From the NCBI GenBank assembly GCA_050633305.1, contig JBOEGF010000011.1, forward strand, positions 235,946 to 299,945: DNA of 64,000 nt. Direction: 5' to 3'. The notes below the pieces were generated by a model. It made no database searches, was not told where the DNA came from, and saw only the letters and a program-made list of their open reading frames with translations. This stretch comes from Nannocystales bacterium. GTDB lineage: Bacteria > Myxococcota_A > Polyangia > Nannocystales > Nannocystaceae. Position numbers and translations under genes: made by a program. Below, in pieces: positions 19,332-28,528 of the stretch. Each line of letters begins with the position of its first letter. The first letter of the stretch is position 1.

Positions 19332-20063
19332 TCAGTCAGCCCGACGGGCCTCGGCGGCCATCGTCGCCAGGTAGTCCGACACGCCGAGTTCGACCGGGGA
19401 CCGGCCCTCGGATGCGTGCTTCGTGGCCAAGAACTCGTGCATGAGCTTCAGGGTCTCGAAGCGGCAGGTCAGGCTCACCAGCTGGTTCTCCGGGACTTGC
19501 GGGAGCTCGGAGAGGCGCTCGGTGAGCCACAGCGTGTCGTGGTCCGCTCCGGCAACCTCCGGCGGCTCGGGCAGGGGGCGCAGGCGGAACGCAGGATCGA
19601 ACTGCTCCGCGTCTGCGAGCCGAGGGTCGTCGAGCTCGAGACTCTTGCCGGCGATCGCCTCCATCGCCTGATCGACCGGAGAGAAGTAGATGAACTGGTA
19701 CTTCATCAACATGCGAAGTCGGCGGGGATCGGTTCCGTCGCCGATCCACGTCCCACCGATCAGCCGACGGACGAGTTCTCCGTAGTAGACCCCGGCCGAC
19801 GACGAGAGCAGCGACAAAATCGGAGCACGATCCTCTTGGGCGGCGGTGCTCAAGTGATGGTCGACGAACGCGAGTGCCGTTTCGGTGTCATCCAACTCGA
19901 CCGAAAGCGCGCGGCGAATCTGCTCGCGGTACAGCTCCACGAGGCCGTCCACGAGCGTCTGCGCGGTGGCGACGGGGGACGCTTTTGCGCGTGGGGCGCG
20001 GCCCGGGATGCTGGGCGCGACAGAGGAGGGCGTGCTGTCGCCCGAGCCTGGCTCGTGACTCAT
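19332..20063 (-). CDS. Hypothetical protein (DUF3806-like GxYxGExxRR..GGxW motif)
   Basis: ATG at 20063; LAFVDHHL...AGVYYGELVRRLIGGTW. Confidence 0.65.
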   Translation of the reverse strand: MSHEPGSGDSTPSSVAPSIPGRAPRAKASPVATAQTLVDGLVELYREQIRRALSVELDDTETALAFVDHHLSTAAQEDRAPILSLLSSSAGVYYGELVRRLIGGTWIGDGTDPRRLRMLMKYQFIYFSPVDQAMEAIAGKSLELDDPRLADAEQFDPAFRLRPLPEPPEVAGADHDTLWLTERLSELPQVPENQLVSLTCRFETLKLMHEFLATKHASEGRSPVELGVSDYLATMAAEARRAD

Positions 20064-20123
20064 CGGCGAACCTTGCCACGTCCTCCAGCGCGACGCTATC
20101 GTGCCTGGACCCGGCATCGTTGA

Positions 20124-22319
20124 ATGGATGCGACCTGGCCCGACTCCGCCGCGTTTGCCTGTCACTGCGGCACCATGTTCTCGGTGATGTATTGGCGCTG
20201 GGTGGACGCGGCCGCGCGTCCAGACCTCGACACGCGGGTGCAGCAAGACGGTCCTTTTGAAGGGACCTGCCCCGACTGCGGCGCCGAGGCTCGCTGTGCC
20301 GGCACCTGGCTGCGGATCGATGCACGGGTGCGTGAAGCCTCACTTCAGGTCGGCGAGGCTCAGCGGGGGAGCTTGCTAGGCCTCCTACGTGATCATCTGC
20401 GGGCGGTCGAGTCTCGCTCGCACGCGGTCCGGCCTTGGATGCTGCAGCCCACGCCCGTCTTCTACGACCTGCCGGAGTCTGCAGCCCTCACCTCGCGCGC
20501 GGCGGTTGCTGTCGTGCCTGCCCGCTCGGGGGAGCTGATTGTCGAGGTCCCTCCCGCCGCTCGGGCGGCCCCGCCCGAACCAGCTGCCCAGAGCATGCCC
20601 CCCGGCGTTCCGCAGATCATCGGATCCGACACGCGGACCCCAGGCACGTTCCGGCCTCCCGTGCTCGGCGCCTACGTTGGGGATCTCTCGGTGGAGGGAG
20701 ACGTTGTGGTTGCGACGGCGATGGTCGACGCTTCGGAGCGGGACAAATGGGACAAGGCGCACCTTCAGTCGCGTCCGGTCCTCTTGCGCGAGCACGGGTA
20801 TCCGTTGCTCGGCGTGCGCACCGTCGCGTCGTTTCTGGGCCAGAAGGCGGTGCTCGATGCCGTGCTGGACCCGGCCGAGCCGCAGGCGGCTGAGGTGTTC
20901 CGCCGGCTTTCGCAGCGCTTCTCTTTTCAGCTTCGTGTCCGTCCTTCGTCCGGAGATCCCGTGGAGCGCGAGGCGACCGCGGAAGCGCTCGAGCCCAACG
21001 CGGCGTTGTGTTTGGAGTCAGCGCGCACGTTGATCGCGAGCGAGCAGCTGGCGCCGCAGCGCTACCACGAGGCCCGCGCTGCCCTGGCGCTGCTCGACGT
21101 CAACGTTCGGCTCGCCCCGCCGCCCGAGACCATTACCGCGGGAGCCTACCAACACGTCATCGGAGCCGCGGAGGCGAGCGCTGCGTTGGACCATCTGGAC
21201 CGCGTATCCACAAAGCCATCGTTGGCTCGTCTGTTGGAGGTGGAGGGCATGCCGATGACCGAGTACGACGCGCTGCGGCGGCGTGTGCTGGAAGGATCGC
21301 TCGACCACGGTTTGGTCGCGCCGCGTCGGTTTTGGCGTCGCGTCGTCGCGTCGGGCTTGGTGCCGGACTTGGAGACCTACGCCCAGAAACTCTGCGATGC
21401 GCGTGCACGATTCGAAGGCGAGGAAGGGGATCTCGAGCCCGATGCTGCGCGCGCCGGATGGGAGGCGATCGGAGAATTATGCAGCCGAAAGGACCTGCCG
21501 TTTCCGCCGACACTCCGGGCCGCGCTTGGCCTGTCGGAGACCGAGGCCCCGCCGTCCCCGAGCGAGTCCGATAGCGATCCTTCCCCAGCCTCACTGCCGC
21601 CACCACCGCCGTCGGGCGTCGAACCTGCACTTCACGATCCGGCGCAGCGGTTGAAGATCGCGGCCGAGGTGCTGCAAGGGAAGCGCGCTGGAGACCTCGA
21701 GGACGTGTTCGCGGCCCTCGACGAGTTCGACAACGACGAACTCCTGGCCTTGCTCCCCGATCTCAACGACATGGGCCCACAGGTGGTCCCACATCTGTTG
21801 GACTGGCTGTCCAGTCCCCGACGTGAGCTGCGGCAGGCTGCGGCAATCCTCCTGGGCCTCGCGCAGGACCCCACGGCGTTGGAACCGCTGGCTGAACGAC
21901 TGGTCATCGAGGACAGCACGATGTGGGCGGATCTGGCTCGCGCGTTGGGCTCGTTCGGCCCCACGGCGCTGCGCAGGCTGTGTCAGGTGCTCCGACACGA
22001 AGGGGGCGCGCCTCACGAGCAACGGACGGTGGAGCGGGTGGCCCGTGCCTTGGCCGAAGTGGCGCTGTCCGACGGGCATGTGGGACCCGGAGACCCTTCG
22101 CCCGGCACCGACGCGGTTGCGGCGTTGGCGGATGCCGGAGATCCGCGAGTCCGTGCCTCGGCACGACATGCGCTTGCTACACTCCAGGCAGTGAGCGACT
22201 CCTCGGCAGCGGTCCGCGGTGAGGCACCCTTGCCGGAGAACACTCAGGTTCGCGGTTTTTCGCGACGGGCCTACGAGGCAATCATGGTGCCCGAGGTCGA
22301 GGTTGAAGCAGAGGCTTGA
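20124..22319 (+). CDS. CpXC-type Cys domain plus HEAT-repeat protein
   Basis: N-terminal CHCG...CPDCG; C-terminal HEAT repeats (LRQAAAILLG, LARALGSFG, DPRVRASARHAL). Confidence 0.75.
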   Translation: MDATWPDSAAFACHCGTMFSVMYWRWVDAAARPDLDTRVQQDGPFEGTCPDCGAEARCAGTWLRIDARVREASLQVGEAQRGSLLGLLRDHLRAVESRSHAVRPWMLQPTPVFYDLPESAALTSRAAVAVVPARSGELIVEVPPAARAAPPEPAAQSMPPGVPQIIGSDTRTPGTFRPPVLGAYVGDLSVEGDVVVATAMVDASERDKWDKAHLQSRPVLLREHGYPLLGVRTVASFLGQKAVLDAVLDPAEPQAAEVFRRLSQRFSFQLRVRPSSGDPVEREATAEALEPNAALCLESARTLIASEQLAPQRYHEARAALALLDVNVRLAPPPETITAGAYQHVIGAAEASAALDHLDRVSTKPSLARLLEVEGMPMTEYDALRRRVLEGSLDHGLVAPRRFWRRVVASGLVPDLETYAQKLCDARARFEGEEGDLEPDAARAGWEAIGELCSRKDLPFPPTLRAALGLSETEAPPSPSESDSDPSPASLPPPPPSGVEPALHDPAQRLKIAAEVLQGKRAGDLEDVFAALDEFDNDELLALLPDLNDMGPQVVPHLLDWLSSPRRELRQAAAILLGLAQDPTALEPLAERLVIEDSTMWADLARALGSFGPTALRRLCQVLRHEGGAPHEQRTVERVARALAEVALSDGHVGPGDPSPGTDAVAALADAGDPRVRASARHALATLQAVSDSSAAVRGEAPLPENTQVRGFSRRAYEAIMVPEVEVEAEA

Positions 22320-23053
22320 TGCGATACGGAATCTTCAGCGACACCCACGCCAACCTTGGTGCCCTCGAGGCCGTTCTGCGGGAGTTCGACCGCGAGAACG
22401 TCGACGAGTTGGTCTGCATCGGTGACACCGTCGGCTACGGCCCGCAGCCCGAAGAGTGCTGCGAAAAGATCCGGAAGCTGACGCGGCACACCATCTTGGG
22501 CAACCACGACGCCGCGGTCTCAGGCCGGATGGATTACAGCTACTACTACGATGCCGCCCGAGAGGCCCTCGACCTGCACTCGTCGCTGGTGTCGAGCGAG
22601 AGCATGGCGTGGCTCAAGAGCCTGCCGTACTCGGCCCAGGACGCCGGAACGCACTTCTGCCACGGCTCCCCGCTAGACCTCGAGCAGTTCGAGTACATCT
22701 TCACGGTCGATCAGGCGAGCACCTGCATCCCGATCTGGGATGACCTGGGTCAGATTACCTTCATCGGACACTCTCACCTGTGCAAGGCGTACGCGCTGGG
22801 CCGGGAGCGCGTGTACGAAGTCATCACCAAGGACTTCGAGGTCCACCCGGAGTTCCGGTACATCGTCTCGGTGGGCTCCGTGGGCCAACCCCGTGATCAC
22901 GACCCGCGGGCGAGCTACACCATCTACGACACCGACCGAGGTCTGTTCGAGTTCAAGCGGGTCGAGTACGACATCGCTGCGACGGCGCAGCAGATCTTCG
23001 ACCAGACGCGCCTGTCCGACAGCTTCGGCGCGCGCCTGTTCGCCGGCGTCTAG
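22319..23053 (+). CDS. Calcineurin-like metallophosphoesterase
   Basis: SDTHAN, GDTVGYG, GNHD, HGSP, GHSH, GSVGQPRD motifs; TGATG coupling with upstream gene. Confidence 0.92.
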   Translation: MRYGIFSDTHANLGALEAVLREFDRENVDELVCIGDTVGYGPQPEECCEKIRKLTRHTILGNHDAAVSGRMDYSYYYDAAREALDLHSSLVSSESMAWLKSLPYSAQDAGTHFCHGSPLDLEQFEYIFTVDQASTCIPIWDDLGQITFIGHSHLCKAYALGRERVYEVITKDFEVHPEFRYIVSVGSVGQPRDHDPRASYTIYDTDRGLFEFKRVEYDIAATAQQIFDQTRLSDSFGARLFAGV

Positions 23054-23122
23054 CTCCGAGCCCAACTCAAGTTCGACTCGGCCTCGACCCGGGCTCGACC
23101 TTGGCCGCGCGGAGGTGGTCCC

Positions 23123-25114
23123 TCAGCGTCGGTCGACGAGTTCGAGGTCGCCCCGGAGCGCACCGATCATACGGTGCCTGTCGATGACTCGATGTCGCGC
23201 CAACCGGCGGACCTGATGGTTGAGGTCTTGGCGCCACGTGTCATCCACGGCCCCGCTGACGAAACGCTCGCTGTAGGTCCGGGGTGCAGGAGCCAACATC
23301 GCGAGATGGGTCGCCTGCAGGGCAGTGAGGTCCGCGGCACTGCGGTTGAAGTAGTACTGCGCGGCATCCTCGACACCATGGACGCCAGGGGCCAACTCGA
23401 TGATGTTGAGATAGACCTCGAGCAACCGTCGCTTCTCGACGGTCGCGTCGATGCGTGTGGCGACGAACGCTTCCTGTAGCTTTCGAGCGGCGGTTCGGTC
23501 CAGGCCCAAGAACAGGTTGCGGGCGGCTTGTTGGGTGATGGTGCTTGCGCCGCGTTCGACTTCGCCCCGTGCGAGATTGTGCCAGATCGCGTTGGCCACC
23601 TGGCCGAGGTCGAGGCCGTCGTGATGGAAGTATCGGCTGTCTTCCAAGGTCACGAATGCACCCGCGACGACGGGGATGTCTTCGATGGAGACCGTGTGCG
23701 GTGCTCCGTCGGCGATCAAGACCTGCCGGGGGGTCCCGTGGGCATCGACGAATCGGTGGCGGTAGGGCCCGCGCAGCCCGGCGACATCGAGCGCGGAGGG
23801 GTCGGCCGTCACGGCGCATTGCTCTCGGAAGGGGAAGTCGACCTCGAGCGTTCCGGGGGCTGCTGGCTCGGCGAGTGGGTCTCGCTCGAGCACCTCGGCC
23901 CGGGCGCGGGCAGCCTCGAAGTCGACCGAAACCTCGACGACTCCTGCGAGCGACCCATCGACCTTGGTCCCGCGCATCGCGTCCGCAAACCCCGTTGGCA
24001 GGGCATCGAACAATCGCTGGCAGGGGCCCTCGGGGAGTTCGAGTCGGAGCGCAGCCCGGTCGGGTCGCCGGGAGGCGTTGGCGCCCAGGATCAAGCCTGC
24101 ATGTCCGAGGGTGAGAGCGGCGTCGAAGTGCTCAGGGCTCTGGGCCGTGATGTCGCCGTCGAGCCAAAGTGAGCTCAACGTGACCGCTTCGGCCGAGAGC
24201 TTGGGGTGCTCGAGGGTCACCGCTTCGACGGTGACGCCCTGTGCATGCATCGACACTCCGCCGGAGCGTGCCGGCTCGACCTCGATCCGACCGCTCAGAG
24301 AAGCGGCGCGCGCATCGAGGGTCAGCTCGTCGCGAACCTGCAATCCAACGCGGCCGAGTCCATGCAGGGCGAATCGCTCCGCCTCGACCGCGAGTGTGCG
24401 GGTCTGGGGCCACGCAGCCAGTTGAATCCACCCCCCACCTTCGTGGGAGAGTTCCGTGCGCACGTGCTGTGGATCGAGCTCTCCACGCAGGCGAAGCGGA
24501 GGGCCGTCTGCGATGCTGACCGTGCCCGCGACGCGCCACGATCGCAGCGAGTCCCGTGGCGTCGCCCGCAGTCGCCCGACGGAATGCACCGAGCCGCGCG
24601 CGTGCTGCACGGTCAGGCCGACCGATGCGTGCGGGATCCCGTTCGGACCGATCGTGAGGGCAGGGGAGTCGAGCAGCGCGGTGACGCCCGCTTCGGTCAG
24701 CGCGGTGACTCCCTTGGCTTGCACTCGGATCGTCAGGCCGTGCGTGTTGATGCTCGGAGTCTCGGCGCCGCCGGCTGGGGACGAGACGTCCCCCGCGGCC
24801 GGTGTGGCATCTGGGGCGGTCGCTGTTCGGGCCAGCTCGAGCGTGTCGAGATGGACGTCGATCCCGTCCCAAGCGGGTCGAACCTCAGCGCGGCCCGCTC
24901 GCACCGAGACCCCGCGACGCTGGACATGTAGCCCTTCGAGGCGGAGGCCACCGGCGTCGAGAGATAGACTCTCCAGCGCACCGCACGCCGCTGTTCCATC
25001 GGCACACCGGGTCAGCCCGGACTCGATGGTCTCGTCCAGCGATGTCTCGAGCAGCCACGGGCCGGGTGCTGCGAGCAAGGCCGCAGCCGCGATGATCGGG
25101 CGGAGTGCGCTCAT
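23123..25114 (-). CDS. GT51 peptidoglycan transglycosylase-domain protein (monofunctional, long N-terminal extension)
   Basis: EDSRYFHHDG, GASTITQQAARNLFL, RKLQE, KRRLLEVYLNIIE, GVHGVEDAAQYYF; no transpeptidase domain. Confidence 0.88.
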   Translation of the reverse strand: MSALRPIIAAAALLAAPGPWLLETSLDETIESGLTRCADGTAACGALESLSLDAGGLRLEGLHVQRRGVSVRAGRAEVRPAWDGIDVHLDTLELARTATAPDATPAAGDVSSPAGGAETPSINTHGLTIRVQAKGVTALTEAGVTALLDSPALTIGPNGIPHASVGLTVQHARGSVHSVGRLRATPRDSLRSWRVAGTVSIADGPPLRLRGELDPQHVRTELSHEGGGWIQLAAWPQTRTLAVEAERFALHGLGRVGLQVRDELTLDARAASLSGRIEVEPARSGGVSMHAQGVTVEAVTLEHPKLSAEAVTLSSLWLDGDITAQSPEHFDAALTLGHAGLILGANASRRPDRAALRLELPEGPCQRLFDALPTGFADAMRGTKVDGSLAGVVEVSVDFEAARARAEVLERDPLAEPAAPGTLEVDFPFREQCAVTADPSALDVAGLRGPYRHRFVDAHGTPRQVLIADGAPHTVSIEDIPVVAGAFVTLEDSRYFHHDGLDLGQVANAIWHNLARGEVERGASTITQQAARNLFLGLDRTAARKLQEAFVATRIDATVEKRRLLEVYLNIIELAPGVHGVEDAAQYYFNRSAADLTALQATHLAMLAPAPRTYSERFVSGAVDDTWRQDLNHQVRRLARHRVIDRHRMIGALRGDLELVDRR

Positions 25115-25119
25115 GAGAA

Positions 25120-26127
25120 TTACTGAAGGAAGGCGGGCGCGGAGGTCTGGCAGCGGGCGAGCCGAGGAAGGACACGCTCGACGAGATGGCTGACCAGCTC
25201 GGGGTAGCTGATGCCCGCGGCTCGCGCGACGCGAGAGACCACGCCGTCACGGTGGAGGGGGGGCAGGGGCTCCACCTCCAAGATCGCCTCGTTGTAGCGA
25301 TCGCCGACCATCAGGTCGACGCGGGTGATGCCCTCGCTGAGCCCCAGGGCCGACACCGCCCGGCGGGCCAGATTGTGCAGCCCGTCGATCTGACCGCGGG
25401 ACATCTGCGGAGGGCAGACGTAGTTCGCGTCGAAGTCTTCTTTTCCCCCAAGGACGCCGGGAATTGGCCGGCGGTGAACTTCCATCGCTCCCAAGACCCG
25501 GTCGCCCATCACGACGACCTGGACCTCGGTTCCGCTGAGGGCTCGCTCGAGCACGACCTCATCGTCGATATCGAGGGCGCGGCCAACGGCGTCGCTGACG
25601 TGCTCCGGGTCCATCAGGTGGGCGACACCCAGTCCCAACCCGCCGCGGCGTGGCTTGACCACGCAGGGCCAGCCGAGCAGTTCCAGGGCTTTGTCGGACG
25701 CTTTGTGGTTGGGGCCCAGCGCCAGTGAAGCTGGGGTCGGGAGGTTGTGGTAGGCCAGAACCTGCCGGGATCGGATCTTGTCGAATGCGAGCGAGACCGC
25801 CGCGCTCGGAGGTCCGGCGTAGGGCAGGCCCCGCATCGCCAGGAGGGACTGCACATCTCCTCGCCCGCCCGCTCGGCCGTGCAACGCCAACAGGCATGCG
25901 TCGACGTCGGACTGGCGCAGGGCGAGGTCGAGGTCGTCGTCGACCGCGATCGGGCACGCTGCGTACCCCAGTTCCCTTAGTGCAGTGGCCAGATCTGTAC
26001 CACTGCGCAGATCCATCAGTCCTTCGATTGTCTCGTCAACAGGCTGCCCACCCGAGAGATCCGCCGTGGTGGGGGCAAGACGGGCGGAGGGAGCAGAAAC
26101 CAGGACCCCAAAGGTGAGCGGACGCAT
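25120..26127 (-). CDS. D-alanine-D-alanine ligase-like ATP-grasp protein, divergent motifs
   Basis: LALHG, GLPYAG, FDKI, WPCVVKP, VLER...GTEV, RVDL, AARAAGISYPEL. Confidence 0.8.
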   Translation of the reverse strand: MRPLTFGVLVSAPSARLAPTTADLSGGQPVDETIEGLMDLRSGTDLATALRELGYAACPIAVDDDLDLALRQSDVDACLLALHGRAGGRGDVQSLLAMRGLPYAGPPSAAVSLAFDKIRSRQVLAYHNLPTPASLALGPNHKASDKALELLGWPCVVKPRRGGLGLGVAHLMDPEHVSDAVGRALDIDDEVVLERALSGTEVQVVVMGDRVLGAMEVHRRPIPGVLGGKEDFDANYVCPPQMSRGQIDGLHNLARRAVSALGLSEGITRVDLMVGDRYNEAILEVEPLPPLHRDGVVSRVARAAGISYPELVSHLVERVLPRLARCQTSAPAFLQ

Positions 26128-26341
26128 CGCCTTTCGCGGCTAGCAGGCCTTGCCAAGACCAAGCAAATTTTCGGATATTCGGGCGGCTGCGTTTTGCGGG
26201 GCTGCCAAGCCTCTCTAGACGCGCCGATCGTCGCGCCCCAACACGCCTGTGCGGAACAACTCCGCGGGCAACTCGGCTGGTTTTCCCGGGGGCGCGGCAT
26301 GGACATCTCCGATTTCTCTTACACAGACGAGTCCGCACCCC

Positions 26342-27808
26342 ATGACCTTCCTCGAGGCTGCGATCGAAATCCTGCGCAACGTTGACGGCTCCCTGCACTT
26401 CTCTGAAGTCGCGCGGCAAGCCGTCGAGCAGAACCTTCTCTCTCACGTGGGCCGCGACCCAGAGGCTGCGATGCGCAGCTGCCTGAACTCCGCGGTTCGC
26501 AAAGGCCGCAACGGCGAAGAGCCGATCATCATGCGGGAGAAGCCGGCCCACTACACCATTCGGCCCGGCGCCACGCTTCCAGAACCCGCCCCTCGACCTG
26601 AGGTCGCGGAAGCTAAAAAATCCAGCGATTCCAAAGAAAAGGAAGACGCACCCAAAGCGACTTCGAGCCGCCGCAAGGCCACCAAGAAGACCTCTCGACG
26701 GACCAAGAAGGTCATCGCTGAGGAAGCGCCTGCCGCACCCGAAGAGGCGCCGCCCGCCGAGGCTGCGGAGCCGAGCTTGGAGTTCGAAGCACCCACGGAT
26801 GCTGGGCTCGACGGCGTGACCGACGTTGCCCTGGTGATGGCCAACGCGGTCTCCCGCTTGGTCGAAGAGCGCCCCGAGCTCCGGGACCAGCTCGACACGA
26901 TGCAGGACTCCGACTCCGATTCGGAGGAGCCGGCTGAGGATCCGGGGCACGGGCCTCGTGGTGCCCACCGGGTTCGCGAAGCGTCGGAGGAACGCGGCGG
27001 TCGTCGTCGTCGTCGGCGGCGTCGTCGGGGCAAGCGCGTGGAATGGGCTGGCGGTGGCGGGGCACGCCCGGCGCAGTCGTCCACCGACACCTTGCTCGAC
27101 CAGGTGGCCAAGGTGTTGGGCGACGCCGGGTCTCGCTCGCTTCACGTGCGACAGATCTCCGAGACGCTCGCCAACCAGAACGTTCTGGGCGGTGAGATCT
27201 CGGAGATCGAGCGGGCGGTCACCGCAGCGCTTCTGCTCGACGTTCGCCTTCGCGGGCGCGGGTCGCGCTTTTCCGCCCGTGGGGATGCGCGGTACCAGCT
27301 CCAGGGGACGCGTTTGCCCGAGACTGTCGCGAAAGCGGAAGTCGCGCTTCGGGAAGGCGCCCGTTCGCTGGAGAAGGAGACCGGAACCCAGCTTCTTGCA
27401 TGGTTGCAGTCACTTGGGGCGCGAGCCCTCGAGTCTTTGGTGAGGGTTTATCTCGAGCGGGAAGGCTACACGCTGCTCTCTTCGCTGCCCCCCAGTCGCG
27501 GGGTCGGCAAGTTGGTGATCGAAGACGGAGAAGGCGACGAGGAAGGACGGCTGCTCTGTGTGGTCATCCCTCGAAAGACCAACATCGACGTCAAGAGCTG
27601 GGAGGGCGAGTCCGACCGCAACGGTTGCCACGGGCACCTGTTCTTCGTGATGGGTGAGTCCTCGGAAGAACTCGATGGGCGAACGATCGGTGCCAACGAC
27701 ATGGCAGCTTGGATGACCCGGAATCGCATCGGCGTACAGACGATGACGCTGGAAGTTCCGGTCCTCGACGCGACCTTCATCGAGTCGGTCGCCGGACTGG
27801 ACACCTGA
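26342..27808 (+). CDS. HARE-HTH domain protein with C-terminal Mrr-like domain
   Basis: MTFLEAAIEILR...LHFSEVARQA..QNLL...GRDPEAAM (HARE-HTH); second copy LLDQVAKVL...LHVRQI; Mrr-like LQSLGARALESLVRVYLEREGY. Confidence 0.75.
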   Translation: MTFLEAAIEILRNVDGSLHFSEVARQAVEQNLLSHVGRDPEAAMRSCLNSAVRKGRNGEEPIIMREKPAHYTIRPGATLPEPAPRPEVAEAKKSSDSKEKEDAPKATSSRRKATKKTSRRTKKVIAEEAPAAPEEAPPAEAAEPSLEFEAPTDAGLDGVTDVALVMANAVSRLVEERPELRDQLDTMQDSDSDSEEPAEDPGHGPRGAHRVREASEERGGRRRRRRRRRGKRVEWAGGGGARPAQSSTDTLLDQVAKVLGDAGSRSLHVRQISETLANQNVLGGEISEIERAVTAALLLDVRLRGRGSRFSARGDARYQLQGTRLPETVAKAEVALREGARSLEKETGTQLLAWLQSLGARALESLVRVYLEREGYTLLSSLPPSRGVGKLVIEDGEGDEEGRLLCVVIPRKTNIDVKSWEGESDRNGCHGHLFFVMGESSEELDGRTIGANDMAAWMTRNRIGVQTMTLEVPVLDATFIESVAGLDT

Positions 27809-28470
27809 TGCCGACCCCGCTCCGAGCATGCTGGCTCGGGCCGATGTCGTTCGACGCGGCACTCGCGCTTCAAATGGAGGCGCGAGAGGCCGTGGTGGCG
27901 GAGCGGGAGTCACCGATCCTCTACCTTGTTGAGCACCCCGCGGTGTTGACCGTCGGCCGACGAGGGTCGTCCGACGACATCCTGTGGACCGACGCTGAAC
28001 TCGAGGCCCACGGGGTCGCGGTGTTCGAGACGCCGCGCGGCGGCGAGGTCACGCTCCACGCGCCGGGGCAGCTCGTAGCCTATCCCATCGTGCCGATCGG
28101 CCGGCAGATCCGGGCGCACCTCCACAACCTGGCCGACACGTCGCTCGCCCTGCTCGCCGAGCTCGGGGTTGAAGGCGCCGAGTTCCGCATGGACCACCCT
28201 GGAATCTGGATCGGCGAGGCCAAGCTGGGCTCGCTCGGGGTTCATATTTCACGGGGTGTTACCGTGCAAGGCCTCTCGCTCAACCTGTCCGTGGACCCGA
28301 AGTTGTTCGGGGCGCTGGTCTCCTGTGGAATGCAGGGGCTCAAGATGCGCAGTGTCGATGAGCTCGTGGAGGCGGTTCCCTCGGTGGAGAATGCGGCGCG
28401 ACGATGGGCCAGCCTGTGGGCTGCGCAGACCGGCGCGGCGCTGGAATGGGTCCCCGCTCCGAGCGTCTGA
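27808..28470 (+). CDS. lipB: Lipoyl(octanoyl) transferase
   Basis: VEHPAVLTVGR, RGGEVTLHAPGQLVAYP, KLGSLGV, SCGM. Confidence 0.92.
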   Translation: MPTPLRACWLGPMSFDAALALQMEAREAVVAERESPILYLVEHPAVLTVGRRGSSDDILWTDAELEAHGVAVFETPRGGEVTLHAPGQLVAYPIVPIGRQIRAHLHNLADTSLALLAELGVEGAEFRMDHPGIWIGEAKLGSLGVHISRGVTVQGLSLNLSVDPKLFGALVSCGMQGLKMRSVDELVEAVPSVENAARRWASLWAAQTGAALEWVPAPSV

Positions 28471-28528
28471 GCGGGAACGTGCTTGCGGCGCGCCCGACCC
28501 CGCGCCTTCCTGCTAAACTCCAGATCCG

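Noticed and set aside
26141..26157. Minus-strand TTGGCAAGGCCTGCT sigma-54-like site upstream of the ddl-like gene
   Set aside because: GG-to-GC spacing is 8 rather than the required 10
26995..27030. (CGT/CGG)n trinucleotide run
   Set aside because: Encodes the poly-Arg tract of the HTH protein with mixed codons; not a phase-variable repeat
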